Program-made: the position numbers and the translations under genes
In this document: positions 36,847-49,840 of the stretch, piece after piece
Position numbering within the stretch: position 1 is the stretch's first letter
Layout: the number at the start of each line of letters is the position of its first letter
Origin: Hyaloraphidium curvatum SAG 235-1
Taxonomy: Eukaryota; Fungi; Monoblepharomycota
DNA: 64,000 bases
Direction: 5' to 3'
Assembly (NCBI GenBank): GCA_025558095.1
Contig: JAIVFI010000013.1
Span: 372,001-436,000 of the forward strand
Notes under the pieces: generated by a model
Seen by the model: only the letters and a program-made list of their open reading frames with translations
Told to the model about the DNA's origin: nothing
The model's database searches: none

Positions 36847-38343
36847 CTACCGTGGGTTGCCAGCAAGGCCCGGTCCACCGCCACCAAAGAGGGCCTTCAA
36901 GTCTTCCTCGGATGGCCTCGAAGAATTCAGCGCGGTGCGAAGGTATGGTGAGGATACTCCAGATTGCATGGTGGATGCGGGCGCAGCCAACGACGGCGTT
37001 TGCAGCCCCTGCACTGCGGGGTGAAGGTGCATCATGTTCAGCTCTTCCGAGCTGCCGAAGGACTGGGCAGAGTGGCTCGAGATCATGTAGCTGCCCGACG
37101 AAGAATGTTGGTGGTGAGGTGCCAGGCCAGCGGGGAGGATGTTGTAGGAGAAGGAACGCGTCCTCTCGGGCGGATGTCGAGGTGGGCCTCCCAAGAGTAA
37201 GTCAAGCTGGCTATCCTCGCGCAGCTCATCCAAGGTGGCGGCGTCCAAGCGGCTGCCAGAGCGCGACATGCCTATGGTGGCCTGAGAATCCTTCTCCATC
37301 AAGTACGGGCTGCGTTCCATCGACCGCAGGGTCCCGTCCGTGTAGCCCTGGGGCTGCCCCAGAAAGCCGAGTTCGGCGGGACCGTACAGTTCGAACGAGG
37401 CCGGATGTTGCCGGGGGAGCGGCACGGCGTTCGATGCGTAGGCATCAGGGCTGTGCATCCTGTCGCTCCTCGCGTCCGGTTGCGGGCCGGGACTCGGCGC
37501 AGCAAAGCGCCGGTTGTAGTGCTGAACGTGCGTTTGGTAGGAGTAGGAGCTGCTGTTGCTTGAGTAGTCGACCGACAAGCCCCGTTTTGTGTGCAGATTC
37601 TTCTTTGCAATTTCGGCCTTGAGAGTGCAGCCTTTATCAGCATCAACCTGGCTCGGCAGTGAGTGTCTCGATCAGCAATCTCGGCGGCCACGTGAGCGGG
37701 AAGCGTGCGTTACCTTTCTCCCCGTCAAGATGTCGCGGGCCTCCAGCGCCTCCAACCGCGAGCGGAACTTTGCAAAACCGATCTGAACGGGACCAGAAGC
37801 GTCACGGATTGTCCAGAAGTAGGCGCAAACAGGCCCCACGATCTGCTTCCTGCCCGTGCCCTCGTCCTCCTGGTTCGGGATCTTGAGCGTGGCCGCTTCG
37901 AAGCCCGGGCTGAAGATAAACTGCTCCCGACTCCGTCACCACCAACGGCCAGGTGCGGCTTCACCGGGACCAACCATGTTTTGGAACTCCCTCTCGCTCA
38001 TGTCGTCTGGGAAACCAACCACGAATATCGTGGTAATCTGACAGGCAGTGCACGAGGACGGAATCGGGAGGAGTGGAACAGCCGGCGGGATCCCGAGCAA
38101 AGAGGCGGAAGAGGGAGAGATAGGGAGACCGCGGGAAGGCAGCGGGGTGGGGTCGCAATTCGGGGAGGCAGAAGTAATCAGCGGGGTTCCGGGGTGGCGA
38201 CCGGGCCGCATGCAAAGCCAAGGGCCGCCGGGCAGCGGGAAGTGCAGCGACGGCCGGCCGCAGCGCAGGCTCACCTCCTCATCCGCCTGCGACGAAGGCC
38301 GCGCGGGATACGGCGCGAGGCCCGCGGCCGGGGCGTATTGCAT
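36847..38343 (-). CDS. RBPMS/Scw1-like single-RRM RNA-binding protein
   Basis: ITTIFVVGFPDDMSEREFQNM|FIFSPGFEAATLK..KQI|IGFAKFRSRLEALEARDILTG..LKAEIAKKNLHTK followed by a low-complexity tail. Confidence 0.85.
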
Positions 38344-38540
38344 TGCGGGCGGAGCGGGCACGAGAGCGCAGGCCCGAGCCGGTCATGCCAGCGCGCGCAG
38401 CGGGTCCGCCCGGGTCATCTGCCGCGCCAGTATGCGCTTCCGTGCGGCGTCCAGCGGTGGCCGCGTCCGCGTTGTGTGCGCGACCCCGGGGCGCGCGCCC
38501 CGCCATCAGCCGTCACTGTACCGCCCGCACCCGGATCAGA

Positions 38541-40067
38541 ATGGAGGATTTCCAGTGAGCGGGGCCCGGAGGCGCGAAGCCCGCCAATCTCATGCATGCT
38601 CCGTGCAGGCGCTGCGTCGCGCGCATCTCGGACGCGGAGCTGCGCGACGCGCTGGAGGCCCGCTTCACCGACGCCGGCGACCGGACCCTCATCTGCCGCG
38701 TCGTGCGCCACTTTGCGGACAAGGAGAACAGCGATCCCGCGGGATCTTTGGCGGCCAGCAACGGGCTCAAGAGGGCGTCGCCCGCGCTGGCGGACCTCGG
38801 CCCGGCGGCGAAGAAGGCCAGAGCGGAGCGCACCGTCGACGATTCGGAGACGTGGTGCACTCTCGGCGACGTCAGCGTCCTCCTGCCCGCGAGGAAGAGG
38901 ATGAACGTCAAGTTCACCAAGGATGAGCTCGTGCTCTGCCCTACAAAGCCGGACGGCACGGCCGCAGAGATCTTTGTCCGCTTGGACGCTGTGAAGACCG
39001 TGGTCGTCACTCCTTCCCCGGACAAAGCGAGCAAAAGGGCGTCGTGGACTTTCACGGTTCTGGTCGACGGGGCGGGATCTCCGTCGAAAGACTCCAAAAG
39101 GAAGCCCTGGGAGTACGCCGGCGCCATAGCGTTCGCGGTCGAGGACGGATCGACGACGGTCTCGCGAGGGCCGCCGCAGAAGGCAGCGAGCAGCACTCCT
39201 GCGGACGCCAAGGCAGCGGTGTGCGACGCTTTTCGGCAGGCCTTAAAGCGCCCGGTGCTGGAACCCGCGGGAAGGGGCGGAGGGTCCAAGGGCCGAGTGC
39301 ACATTGAGGCTTGCCGGGGCGCCAAGCCTTGTTCCGTCTACCTGCTTTCTACCGGAATCCTTGTGGGCTATACCAAGCCAATCACCTTTGTCACTGCGGA
39401 GCAGGTGAATTCCAGTTGCTCCCGTGCGCATTGGGTTCTAATGCGATGCTAGATTTCGGACATCGCCATATGCAATGCCGTACGTTGCTAAGACCTCCGG
39501 TGGCGTCCGACTCTGACATTGTCGGCCACAGACCAGCAGGACGTTCAATGTCGAGGTCAAGGTGTTCGATCGGACAAGAGATGCGGCGGCCGCCAAGACG
39601 CTCGAACTGTCCATGATCGACCATTCGGCATACGACGGTTGGCATTTCGCCATGAACCATGTTGCTCATTCTCATTTGATCACGAATCGCCTTCAGACGT
39701 TAGCCAGTACATCGCCGATCACAAGAGGAGGGCCGCGAACATGGCCAAATCCCATGCGACGGACAGTAACCCCTCTGCAGCGACATCTGCCGGTGTGCAA
39801 ACCGCGGAGAGCGTGACGGAGGTTCCCGGGGACCAGGGAAGCGAAGACGAATCGGAGGACGAGGACTACGCGCCGGAATCGGAGAGCAGCGCGGAGGAGA
39901 CCGGCGACAGCAGCGATTCTGAAGGCACTGGCGACAGCGACTCTGAAAACGGATCCAGCGACGGCGGATCCGATGGAGACGGCGCCTCAGACGAAGACGA
40001 TGCGGAAAGCGGGGGGGGGGAGTCGGCTCCCGACTCAAGAGACGAGGAGGTGGAATTCGAGGACTAG
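38541..40067 (+). CDS. RTT106: Histone chaperone Rtt106-like (tandem PH domains + acidic tail)
   Basis: PARKRMNV, HIEACRGAK..VYLLSTGILVGYTKPI, RTFNV, ELSMID, EDEDYAPESES. Confidence 0.8.
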
Positions 40068-40184
40068 AGGAACGCCGGCATCGGATGTAGCAGTTGTTCT
40101 ATCTGCCTAACGAGCGAAGATGGCCAAAGGCTGCGCGGCAGGGAGTGAGCTGGGGACCCGTTGGGCAACCGAGCAACCCACTCT

Positions 40185-40584
40185 CTAGTCCTGGTGGAAC
40201 TCCAGCGCCTTCAGCTTGGCATCCCGCTCGCGAACAAGTGCCTTCTGCTCCTCGGTCGCCGGCCTGGCGAGGATGGCCGGTGCATTGCGTCAGTTGCGGG
40301 CGAAAGTGGGTGTCTCGGCCGCGGGGACGGCGCGGCCGCAGAACATCCCGACGCGGCACGGGCACTCACGTGGCGTTGAAGACAATCGAGGCGACATATG
40401 CGAAGGGAACGAGGAGCCATGCGCGGCGGTAGGCCCACTTGGTGTAGAGGGCGTCGTAAACCTCGCCGAGCGTGGTCTCCATGGACAGAGGTTTCTCCAG
40501 CGCCGGCAGCTTAGCGACTTCCGGCCGGTAGAAGCGCCTGCCCATCATCATCCGCGCGGCCGAGGTCATAGGCAGGCGCGGCAT
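40185..40584 (-). CDS. Small hypothetical single-TM protein, probably mitochondrial
   Basis: Arg-rich presequence-like N-terminus and TM-like AWLLVPFAYVASIVF; one GT-AG intron gives NAT|NAPAILAR...EFHQD*. Confidence 0.6.
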
Positions 40585-40655
40585 CCTGATTTGCGTCGCG
40601 GGTGGGTGAGTGGCGTGAGCACCTTTTCATACCGTCCGTATGCGCGCGCGCGCCA

Positions 40656-41882
40656 ATGGACATCGTCCCGCTGCCCGTTCCCTGGCTCCGGCAGCAGTCT
40701 TCGCCTGCGTCTATTTCATTCCTGCCACGATGGATCGGCGCTTGGGTCGATTGGCTGTTCAAGCCGCTTGCGACGTACCTGCATCCTCCGGCCAAGGCTG
40801 TCGGGACGCTGGAGGACGATGGAGTCTGGGTCGACAGCCTTGAGGACATTCAGTTCCTTTGGAACCATGGCTTCTTCGGCAAAGGCACGCTTTCGAGAAG
40901 CGAGCCGTCCTGGCGGTTCTCGGCCATGAAGCAGAAGAAAGGTGCGCCGTCGAGCGGGAGCTGGGCCAAGTCTCTGACGTTTCTTTTAGGATCGTCGCGA
41001 TCGCGGAAGAAGGGGGCTAAACTTCGCCTTGGAGCTGCAGCACATTTGGCCACCGGAGCAATTGGATCCCATGGACAGCCCAGTGCCACGGAGACGGGGA
41101 GCCCCGATCAGGAGGCGCTGCAAATCGATTCCTGCGAGGCCGTGTTCCTGTCTTTCTTCCTGGGGAGTCTAGTCGTGGTATATGATCAGGTCAGCGGGAC
41201 TCCTCTGGGGTCCGGGAGCACGGCCCTGACTTGCCCGCCTTTGTGAAGCTTGGAACGTTGATGAACCCCACTGATCTCTGGAACCGGTTCCGCAAGCAAC
41301 ATGGCGCGCTCGACGATGCCGGGAACGCTTTCGTTGTTAGATACGCCGCGTATCACTACTTCAGATCCGCTGGATGGGTGGTGCGGCCCGGAATCAAGTT
41401 CGGGACGGATTTTGGTGCGACGTCGCCGAACTCTCGGAACCTCGCTTCCAATGCTGACCGGCGGGTCGAGTCCTGTACAGGAAGGGACCGACGCAGACGC
41501 ACTCAGAGTGAGCGCCGCGGCTAGAGTCTTGCTGCGGCGCAATCTGACGGCATCGCACAAGGTTCGGTTTCGTCGTTGTGCCTGTCGATCGGAGCGGCAA
41601 ATCGCTTCGAGCGAGCGATTCGGACAGCATTCATCCCTGCGACTGGCTATCCCTCGTCTCAACTTTGCGCGTCGGGTCGGGTGTCAAGAAGGTGAGCCCA
41701 TTGAGTCTACATGCTACGTCCACGCGGTCTAACCATGCATTCTCCAGCGCGTCGGGTATTGCTTCGTGACCGTACCAGAGGGGCTGCACATGTCGGCCCT
41801 CGGTTCCCCGCGATGCATCGCGCAGTACGCGGTGCAGGAGGTCGTCCTGAACCGCTGGATTCCCGAGCGGACCCGAGACTGA
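40656..41882 (+). CDS. SEN2: tRNA-splicing endonuclease subunit Sen2
   Basis: WNHGFFGKGTLSRSEP, EALQIDSCEAVFL, YHYFRSAGWVVRPGIKFGTDF|VLYRKGP..H, RWIPERTRD*. Confidence 0.93.
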
Positions 41883-41894
41883 GCTCAGAGCTTC

Positions 41895-42758
41895 TCAATC
41901 CTCCATGCCGCCAACGACCTCCGCAATCTGCCCTATGAGCGCATCCGCGCACTCGCTCAAGTCAAATTCAAACGCCCCCGGCGTTTCCGTGACGCGCAGA
42001 TCGCTAGGCGCGTTCCGTTTGATGAGCTGCGCCACCGTCAAAGCGTTCGTCGGCGAAAGCTTGCTCAACCGCGCAGCCAAGGCGTCCAAGTCAATTTGCC
42101 CGTTGGGCATTATAAGGGCAGGTCCCCGCGGCTTGGCCTTTTTGAGGCCCTCGCCTGCCCCGCCCTGCTTCGCGGATTTGCGTCGGATCTCATCCTGCTC
42201 CAGCAGGCGCACGAAGCCGGGGGAGGGATTCTTTATCGTCTGCGGTACGAGGCTCGCAAGGAGAGCAGTGGAAGCGGTGCAGCAAGCCTCACCAGAACCT
42301 GCTTCGTCGTGTAGCTGGGGTTCATGAACTCAAGAATGTACTCGAACTCGAATGGAGGCACGGTCTTGTCCTTGAACACGACGGTTACCGGGATCCCGAA
42401 TTCTCCCCATCCCTCGTCGTTGATCATGAAGCCTCGGCGCACGGGATTCTTGAAGCTCGGGTGCAGTTTCCACTGTCGGCGCGTCCAAGCTCAGCCGGCG
42501 CGAGGTACGGCGAGTCCAGCACCGACCTCCACGTAATCGATCCACGGAAGGTCCGAGCTGCCCTGTTCGTCCGTCATTTTGATCTGCCACGTCCGCCACG
42601 AGTACATGAAGCCATTGAACTCCTGTGGTGCCCGCCCCTGTATGACTTTGTTCGAGCTCGAAATCAAAACCACCCTTGTCGCCGGGGCATAGCAACAAAT
42701 CAGACGGTGCTGCGAGTAGGCAAGGCGAGGACTGGAACCTCTTGACGGTGTTGCTCAT
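41895..42758 (-). CDS. TAF14: YEATS + ET domain protein, Taf14-like
   Basis: MSNTVKR, WKLHPSFKNP, EGWGEF, C-terminal IDLDALAARL..FEFDL. Confidence 0.88.
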
Positions 42759-43010
42759 TGCGCGACGGTTCGACGCGAGGACGAAGGCCGGGCCTCGTGT
42801 CCCTTGATCACCCGTCACATCCCAGCGAAAAATCGCAGCACCGCATCTCCTATTCGGCTACTCCGCATACGGAGGACGGACTAGAGAATGCTGACGAGAC
42901 CGCGTCAGCAACGACATGGAGGACCCGATCCGTCAGGCGTCAGGCGTCTCATCGTCGAATGCCGTCCACTACATCGTGAGGCCTAGTCTGGCGCACCAGA
43001 CGGCCAAAGT

Positions 43011-43632
43011 TTAGTGGAACTCGGCATTGGCATGGATGTGGCCTGGGATGGAAGTGAGTCGCGGGCACTCGGGGCAGAGCATTCTTCACGCACCTCCGAA
43101 GTGGGCCTGATGTTCCGGTAGCCCCATCGGCCCGGTTAGAGCAGTCCAAAAAGGAAGCACCAAGCGCCAAGACGCACCTTGATCACATAGCCGATGGGGA
43201 TGATGAGGAGCACGTAGTGCAGAAGAGGCGTCGCGCTCTCGTTTCCCCGGGCCATGTACTTGTTGTGGTACCACTGGAAGAAACCCCTCGGCGGTGGTGC
43301 CGGCGGCGCAGGGCCCTTGACCACCTCGCGGTAGAACGACTTCATCTGGTCGAAGAGGTACGGGTGCGACGTGGGGTAGTCGCTGCATGTGCGCGAATCC
43401 CAGGGAGCGAAGCACATCCCGGCCGCCATCGAGTCCCAATAGACGCCAAGGACAGCCACAAGACGGGATGGACGCCAGTCAAGGCTGGGCAGTCGCTGAG
43501 GCAGCATGGCACGTACGACTCGAACTTGCCCATCTGCTTCACCGACCCGATGTTGGGCGGGAAGATGGACGCATTCCGCGTGCCCTTCAGCAGGGTCACA
43601 GGTGCCTTCGTCGTCAATCGGGCGACGAGCAT
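43011..43632 (-). CDS. ATP17: Mitochondrial ATP synthase subunit f
   Basis: IFPPNI, FYREVVKGPAP, YHNKY..NESATPLLH..IGY; 3 introns. Confidence 0.82.
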
Positions 43633-43763
43633 CGTGGGATGGGCCCAAAGAGACTCCCGCCGTTCGGTGGCGTGCGTCGTTCGCCAAGGGCTTTCCCCCC
43701 CAGTACTGTGCGTTTGGACGCGGGCCACCCGCTGTTCCGGTCAACTGAGCGCGGGTCGCGATA

Positions 43764-46700
43764 ATGCTCAGCACGCAGAAGAAAGATGAGGACTCGGGTT
43801 CGTCTCGTCGGGCGGTTTGCCGCGCGGAGTCCGCAAACACTCAAGGGACCGGCCTACCCTCTCCGACCGCAGGGGACGCGGGCATGTTTTACCACCTGGA
43901 CAAGAGCACTGTGTTGCAGGAGGCCCGCGCATTCAACGAGACCCCTATCAATCCGAGGAAATGCCGCCTCATCTTGACGAAAATCGCGTACCTGTTGTAC
44001 CAATCGGAGACCTTCGCGACGAACGAGGCCACGGAGACGTTCTTCTCCATTACGAAGCTTTTCCAGTCGCCGGATGTTGGTTTCGTTGCCGAAGCTCCGG
44101 AACTGAGCCGCGGTGACACACGGGCGTCTGCAGGTGCCGCTTCGCCAGATGGTCTACCTCGTAATCAAGGAGCTCGCGACGATCGCGGAGGATGTCATTA
44201 TGGTCACGTCGTCGCTGACCAAGGACATGAACGCCAAGTCGGACGTTATCTACCGCGCCAACGCCATCCGTGCCCTGTGCAAGATTACGGATGTGGGCGA
44301 ACCGCCGTTCGAGCCGGTCGACGCGGGTTAACGGACCTCCCACGGCAGAGCTCGATGCTGCAGGGTATTGAACGGTTCTTGAAGCAGGCCATTGTCGACA
44401 AGAACCCCAGCGTCGCGAGCGGGGCGCTTGTGTCGTCCCTCCACCTCTTCCACAGCAACAAGGAGGTCGTCAAGCGCTGGGTGAACGAAGTCCAGGAAGC
44501 CGTGAACAGCAAAGGAGTCACCACGCAGTACCACGCCCTGGGGCTCATGTACCAAATCAAGCAGCATGACCGCATGGCCGTCATCAAGATGGTCCAGAAC
44601 TACGCCAAGGGTTCGATCCGGTCGCCATACGCGTACTGCATGATGATTCGCTACGCTTGCAAGATTATGGAGGATGAAGATTCGTACGAGGGGTTGGTGG
44701 CTCCGGGAAATGTGGCGGACGTGCTGTCTGACCATCGCGTGGGTTGGCCAGCAATCGGTCGATGTACGACCAGCTCGAGAGCCTCCTGCGCCACAAGAGC
44801 GACATGGTCGTGTACGAAGCGGCTCGGGCGATATGCAACCTGAAGGATGTCAGCAGCAAGGAGCTTTACCCGGCTGTCTCGGGTGCGGCCAGCGTCGCGG
44901 GGGAACTTTTGCAGGTCTAAATCAACGTTTCCACAGCTCTTCAGCTCATGCTTGTCAATCCCAAACCAACGCTGCGCTTCGCAGCCATTCGGACGCTCAA
45001 CAAGCTGGCCATGAACAGCCCCCAGGCTGTGCTGCCGTGCAATTTGGACATGGAGAACCTCATTACCGATCAGAACCGCAGTATCGCGACTTTCGCAATT
45101 ACAACGTTGCTCAAGGTAAGCGGCTGCGGATGAGGGAGGTTTGCCGTGGTCTGAACCTCTCGGCTCCAGACCGGTACCGAAGCCAGCGTCGATCGATTGA
45201 TGAAGCAGATCAGGTTGGTGTGGCGGCCTCAGGCGCTTTCCCTGCTTTGACACGTTGTCAGTGGCTTCATGTCCGAGATTTCGGACGAATTCAAGATCAT
45301 CGTCATTGATGCCGTCCGCGCTCTCTGCCTCAAGTTCCCCGCGAAGCAAGCCCTGATGCTTAACTTCCTGTCGGGCGTCCTTCGCGACGAAGGGGGCTAC
45401 GAGTACAAGAGGGCGATTGTGGAGGCTATCTTCGACATCATCCATCACATTCCCGAGTCGAAGGAGTACGGTGAGTTTGCTCGCAGGTCGACTCCGAGCC
45501 GCTGAACAACAGCTCTTTGGACAGCCTTTTCCCACCTCTGCGAGTTCATCGAGGACTGCGAGTTCACCAAGCTCGCTGTTCGCATTCTGCATCTCTTGGG
45601 GTCCGAAGGACCGCACACCAGCACACCGTCAAAGTACATTCGCTACATTTACAACCGGGTCATCCTGGAGAATTCCACGGTACGCGCAGCTGCAGTGAGC
45701 GCCCTAGCTCGGTTTGCCGTGCACTTGCCGGAGCTCCGGGAACGCATCAGCGTGCTGCTTACTCGGTAGGCTTGCAGTTGGCTGGAGTCGCGATCTGCTT
45801 TCGATGTGTTCTCAATTCAGGTGCCTCGATGATAACGACGACGAAGTGCGCGACAGGGCGGCGCTTTACTTGAGAATCCTCGAGAACGAGGATAGTGCGA
45901 AACCTTACGTGGACAGCGGTGCGATCAGCAATGCCTTGGTAAACCGCCAGCCCTAACCGTGCACTTTTCGTCACTGTAGATCTCACATATGCCTGGCCAG
46001 CCCTCGAGCACAAACTGAGCGCGTACCTGGAGAATGAATCAGCCCACGATGCTACGTTTGATATTGCAAGTGTTCCCATCGTGTCCCGCGCTCAGGAAGA
46101 AGCCGAGCGGATGCGTGAGTTTCTTTGCCCCTGCTATTTTTCTGGCCGTGGTTGACTTGGTTCTGTAGGCACCAAGGCTGCGTTGCAGGCGGAAGCCCAG
46201 GTGACCCTCAAGTCGCCGGCTTCGACAGCAACAGGCAAAGCTGCGGCCACCGCTCGACCCGATGCAGAAAGCGGCGGAGTCAACGAGGTGTCTAGGATCC
46301 CGGAGCTTGCCGAGTTCGGGCCTGTTTTCAAGACCTCGCGTCCCGCGGCCCTTACCGAAACCGAGACCGAGTACGTCGTGACGTGCACAAAGCACATATT
46401 CGCCGAGCACATTGTCTTCCAGGTGAGGGCGCCGTGCGTCTATCGATTTTGGCTGGCTTATTGACCTTCGCGTTCAGTTCACCTGCCGCAACACTCTCAA
46501 TGACTCCCAGCTGGAGAACGTCAACGTCGTCATGCGCATTGAATCCACTGAGGACGAGGACGCGCTGGCGATGCAGCAGGTCGTGTCCATTCCGGCCGAA
46601 AAGCTGGTGTACGACGTTCCTGCATCGGTTTTCGTTGGCTTCCGCCGCCGGCCCCCGAACAGTTCGCCTACAGGTATGCAAAGCGTTCTTGTGCAGTTGC

Positions 46701-47298
46701 TATGGCTGATCTATTGTGCCCGGTCTAGCGAGCTTCTCCTGCACGATGAAGTTCATTGTCAAGGATTGCGATCCTGCTACTGGCGAGGCTGATGAGGACG
46801 GTTATGACGACGAGTACCAGGTTCGTGGATGCTGATCAAGTTACTCAGCAGATGGCTGACCACGTTCCAGCTTGAGGGTGTGGAGCTTTTGCCGGCAGAC
46901 TACATGACAGGAACCTACGTTGCCAACTTCTCGAACGCCTGGGAGGATTTGGGGGAGGAGGCAGAAGTGGTGGAGACTTACTCTCTCACAGCAGTTGCTG
47001 GGATCAAGGGTAAGTCCTTGTTGCTAATTGGGCTGCAATACTTTTGATTGACCCATTCCCCTCAGCTGCTGTGACAAACGTCATTTCTCTCTTGGGCATG
47101 CAGATCTGCGAGGATTCCGCATCTGTCAAGGACAGGGCAACAACCCACACCTTGCTTCTGTCGGGGACTTTTGTTGGTGGTGTTCCGGTCTTGGTACGGT
47201 GTAGAATGGCAGCAGACGGCTCGGGTGTCACCATGGAGGTCGGGGTTCGGTCGACGAGCTTGCAAGTCTCTGAACTTGTGGCAAATGCAGTGGCATAG
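43764..47298 (+). CDS. SEC21: Coatomer gamma subunit
   Basis: [68 protein letters not shown]. Confidence 0.98.
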
Positions 47299-47344
47299 CA
47301 GGCTTGTACCTATATAGTATACCCATCAATTCCCTTTTCCTTGG

Positions 47345-48942
47345 CTGAGTAAAAAGCAGGGAGCTCCTCTTGTCGCTGTTTTTCATCCTGTTCGTCAACG
47401 ACATTGCTGTGCATGGAGGCCAATGGTGCAAAAGGGATGGATCTGGGCATGGTGTTTGAGGAGGAGGAGGATCAGGAGAGGATGGTCAGCTTGCTGGCTT
47501 TGTTCTTTGCAGATGACACCACTTTGATCTCGAAGACGGTGAAGGATGCTAAGCTGCAGCTGGATCTTTTGTCTGCATATGCCAGTGCCAATGGGCTGGA
47601 GATCAACATCAGCAAAACAAAATGGATGGCCAGGAGGATGCCTCACGTGTGAAGCTCCTGTACAGGGGCCAGGAGCTGAAGAGGGTCGACAGCTTTAAGC
47701 TGTATGCTCAGTAAAGACCAACGATTCCAGCTCGAGCAGGCCATCATTGGGCAAATCCTCAATTTTGACTGCTATCCGGAAGTAAGCCTGTATCTACGAG
47801 ATCGCCACCCTCAAGCCTCTGGGGTACCAGCTCACGTCAACTGGGCGGAGCAAGGACCATGTGCATGGCAGGGAGGCCAAGATGAACGCTGCTTATTGGC
47901 TCCGCGACATCAGGGAACAGCCTGGGATGAGTCCTGACCTCCAGCTCAAGCCCTACAACACGAAGGTCAAGGCAGTGGGCCAATATGGGAACCCGTTCAT
48001 GTGGAAATGCCGAAGGAGGAGTACCTTGCCGGGGAAAGCACCAGGGACAACGTGACATGCATGGGCCTTCGTGCTGTCACTCATCAGCCCAAATCTACCT
48101 CCCTGGCTTGTCTGTGTGCGATCACTGGCCAGTACCCTCTTGCAGTTCATGAAAATGAGTCGGCTCTCAAGTTCCTCATGCCCATCAAAACAGCTGACCC
48201 TGCATTGTACCTGCTCTACAAGGAGCTCAAGATCGAAGCACTGAAGGGGTGCTGGAACTGGGCTGCCTTCCTAAGGGAACTACTGTTTGTGTACTGTGGT
48301 GGAGAGGAGGGGAGGGAGATGTGGGAGAAGGACACTTTTTCATGGGCCAAGGAGACTGTGGAGAATCTTGTGAAGGGCAAGTTCAAGGAGATCAATGCCC
48401 AGAAGCTCAAGGACAACGACAAGCGGCACTTCTTGGAGGAGGATGTGTGACATGACCTTTGGTCACATTGCACCTTCGCTGATCCGGGTGGAGAAGCATC
48501 GGAGGGATGTCCAGAAGCTGCTCTGCTGGTCTACCCACGACGAGACAGGCAGGAACCAAGGACTTGAGGTGCAGCAGAGGATGTGCAAACATGACCCTGA
48601 GCACATTGGAGACGAACAATATTTTCTGTTCCACTGTTCAGCAAATGCAGAGCGGCGCCAGAAGCTGCCGCCCAGACTGGAAGCAAGCACTGGGCCGCGA
48701 GTGGAACATGGAGACTTGGCTCTGGGCTCTCAGCATCAAGGAGTTCGAGCCCACGATCAAAGTGAGGCGGCAAAAGGAGAAGGCCCTCAACTCCATTGCC
48801 AGCTTCATCTCAGAGTCCATGAAGGACAGAAAATGGGGAAAATGAAAAAGATGCACGACAACAACCTCGAATTGGCAGCAAACTGATGGTGTAACAGCAT
48901 CCAAGCCAGGGGCAGGTCCGGGTCACCAATACTATTCTATTC
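47345..48942 (+). mobile_element. Degenerate, 5'-truncated non-LTR retrotransposon (LINE), copy A
   Basis: RT fragments (LFFILFVND, FADD, NGLEINISKTK), C-terminal Zn-knuckle-like CKHDPEHIGDEQYFLFHC and a 3' tail ACTATTCTATTC; many frameshifts. Confidence 0.88.
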
Positions 48943-49024
48943 ACTTGCCTCTAACTCCAGGTCCCCAACTCCACATCCCACTGGATCCAGAGTCCTCCAA
49001 ACCATCCATCATGCATCCATCCAG

Positions 49025-49840
49025 GTGCCGACAACACTGCAGATGCTCACGGACCGGAGCTGGCACAAGGACATTGAGAGCTGCACCCCGGCCGACTTCT
49101 GGACGTGGATCCAGCAGAGATATCAACAACTCAATCCGAATGAATGCCGCATGGCAAAGTCCAAGATTCAGCCCTGGGAGTGGAACCCGGAAGTCGATTC
49201 CGAAAAGAACGCGAAGGACTTCCTCGAGAAGGTCCAAATGGTGGAAATCGTCGGATCCCCCGTTTCAGACAAGGGACAGCTCGACATCCTTCTTGACGCG
49301 CAGATGCGTGTCCCTGTCAAGTACAGCTGCAGACCTTCTCCACGAGGATGTAGGTACCAGGTGCGTTCGACGCGAATGGAACAAAAAGAACGCCGCGGGC
49401 GAATGCACAGCAAAGGCCCTCTTCGACGAGATACACCAAGCAGACGAATGAATGAAGCTCGAGAAACGCGAAGACTCGTCTGATCAGCAGCGCGAAGGAC
49501 AGCTTCAGATTCGTTGCTCAAGGCGGACCGGAACGCGGGCACAGAGGCTTCCGCGGCGCGTTCTGTGGCGCAACAGCATGCCAACAAGCAAGGCAAACGC
49601 CGCGTGTCACCCTACTTCAACGGCAATTGCTACAACTGCGGGAAGCCGGGCTATCGCGCGGTGGACTGCTGGAGTGCCCCCGCCGGGAATAGGGGCCGTG
49701 GCCGTGGCGCCAGCCGTGGCACCCGCTTCTGCCTCACCGACTCAACCGGGAGGCAGTTCATGGCCGAGATGGTCGGTGGCACAGAGGATGGAGACGAAAA
49801 GAGGCAGACCGATGGTGGGTTTGGCCATGACCAGGCGTGA
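49025..49840 (+). mobile_element. Decayed LTR-retrotransposon gag relic
   Basis: Frameshifted frames with a CCHC knuckle CYNCGKPGYRAVDC (49628-49669; His replaced by Tyr) next to an RGRG tract. Confidence 0.6.
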
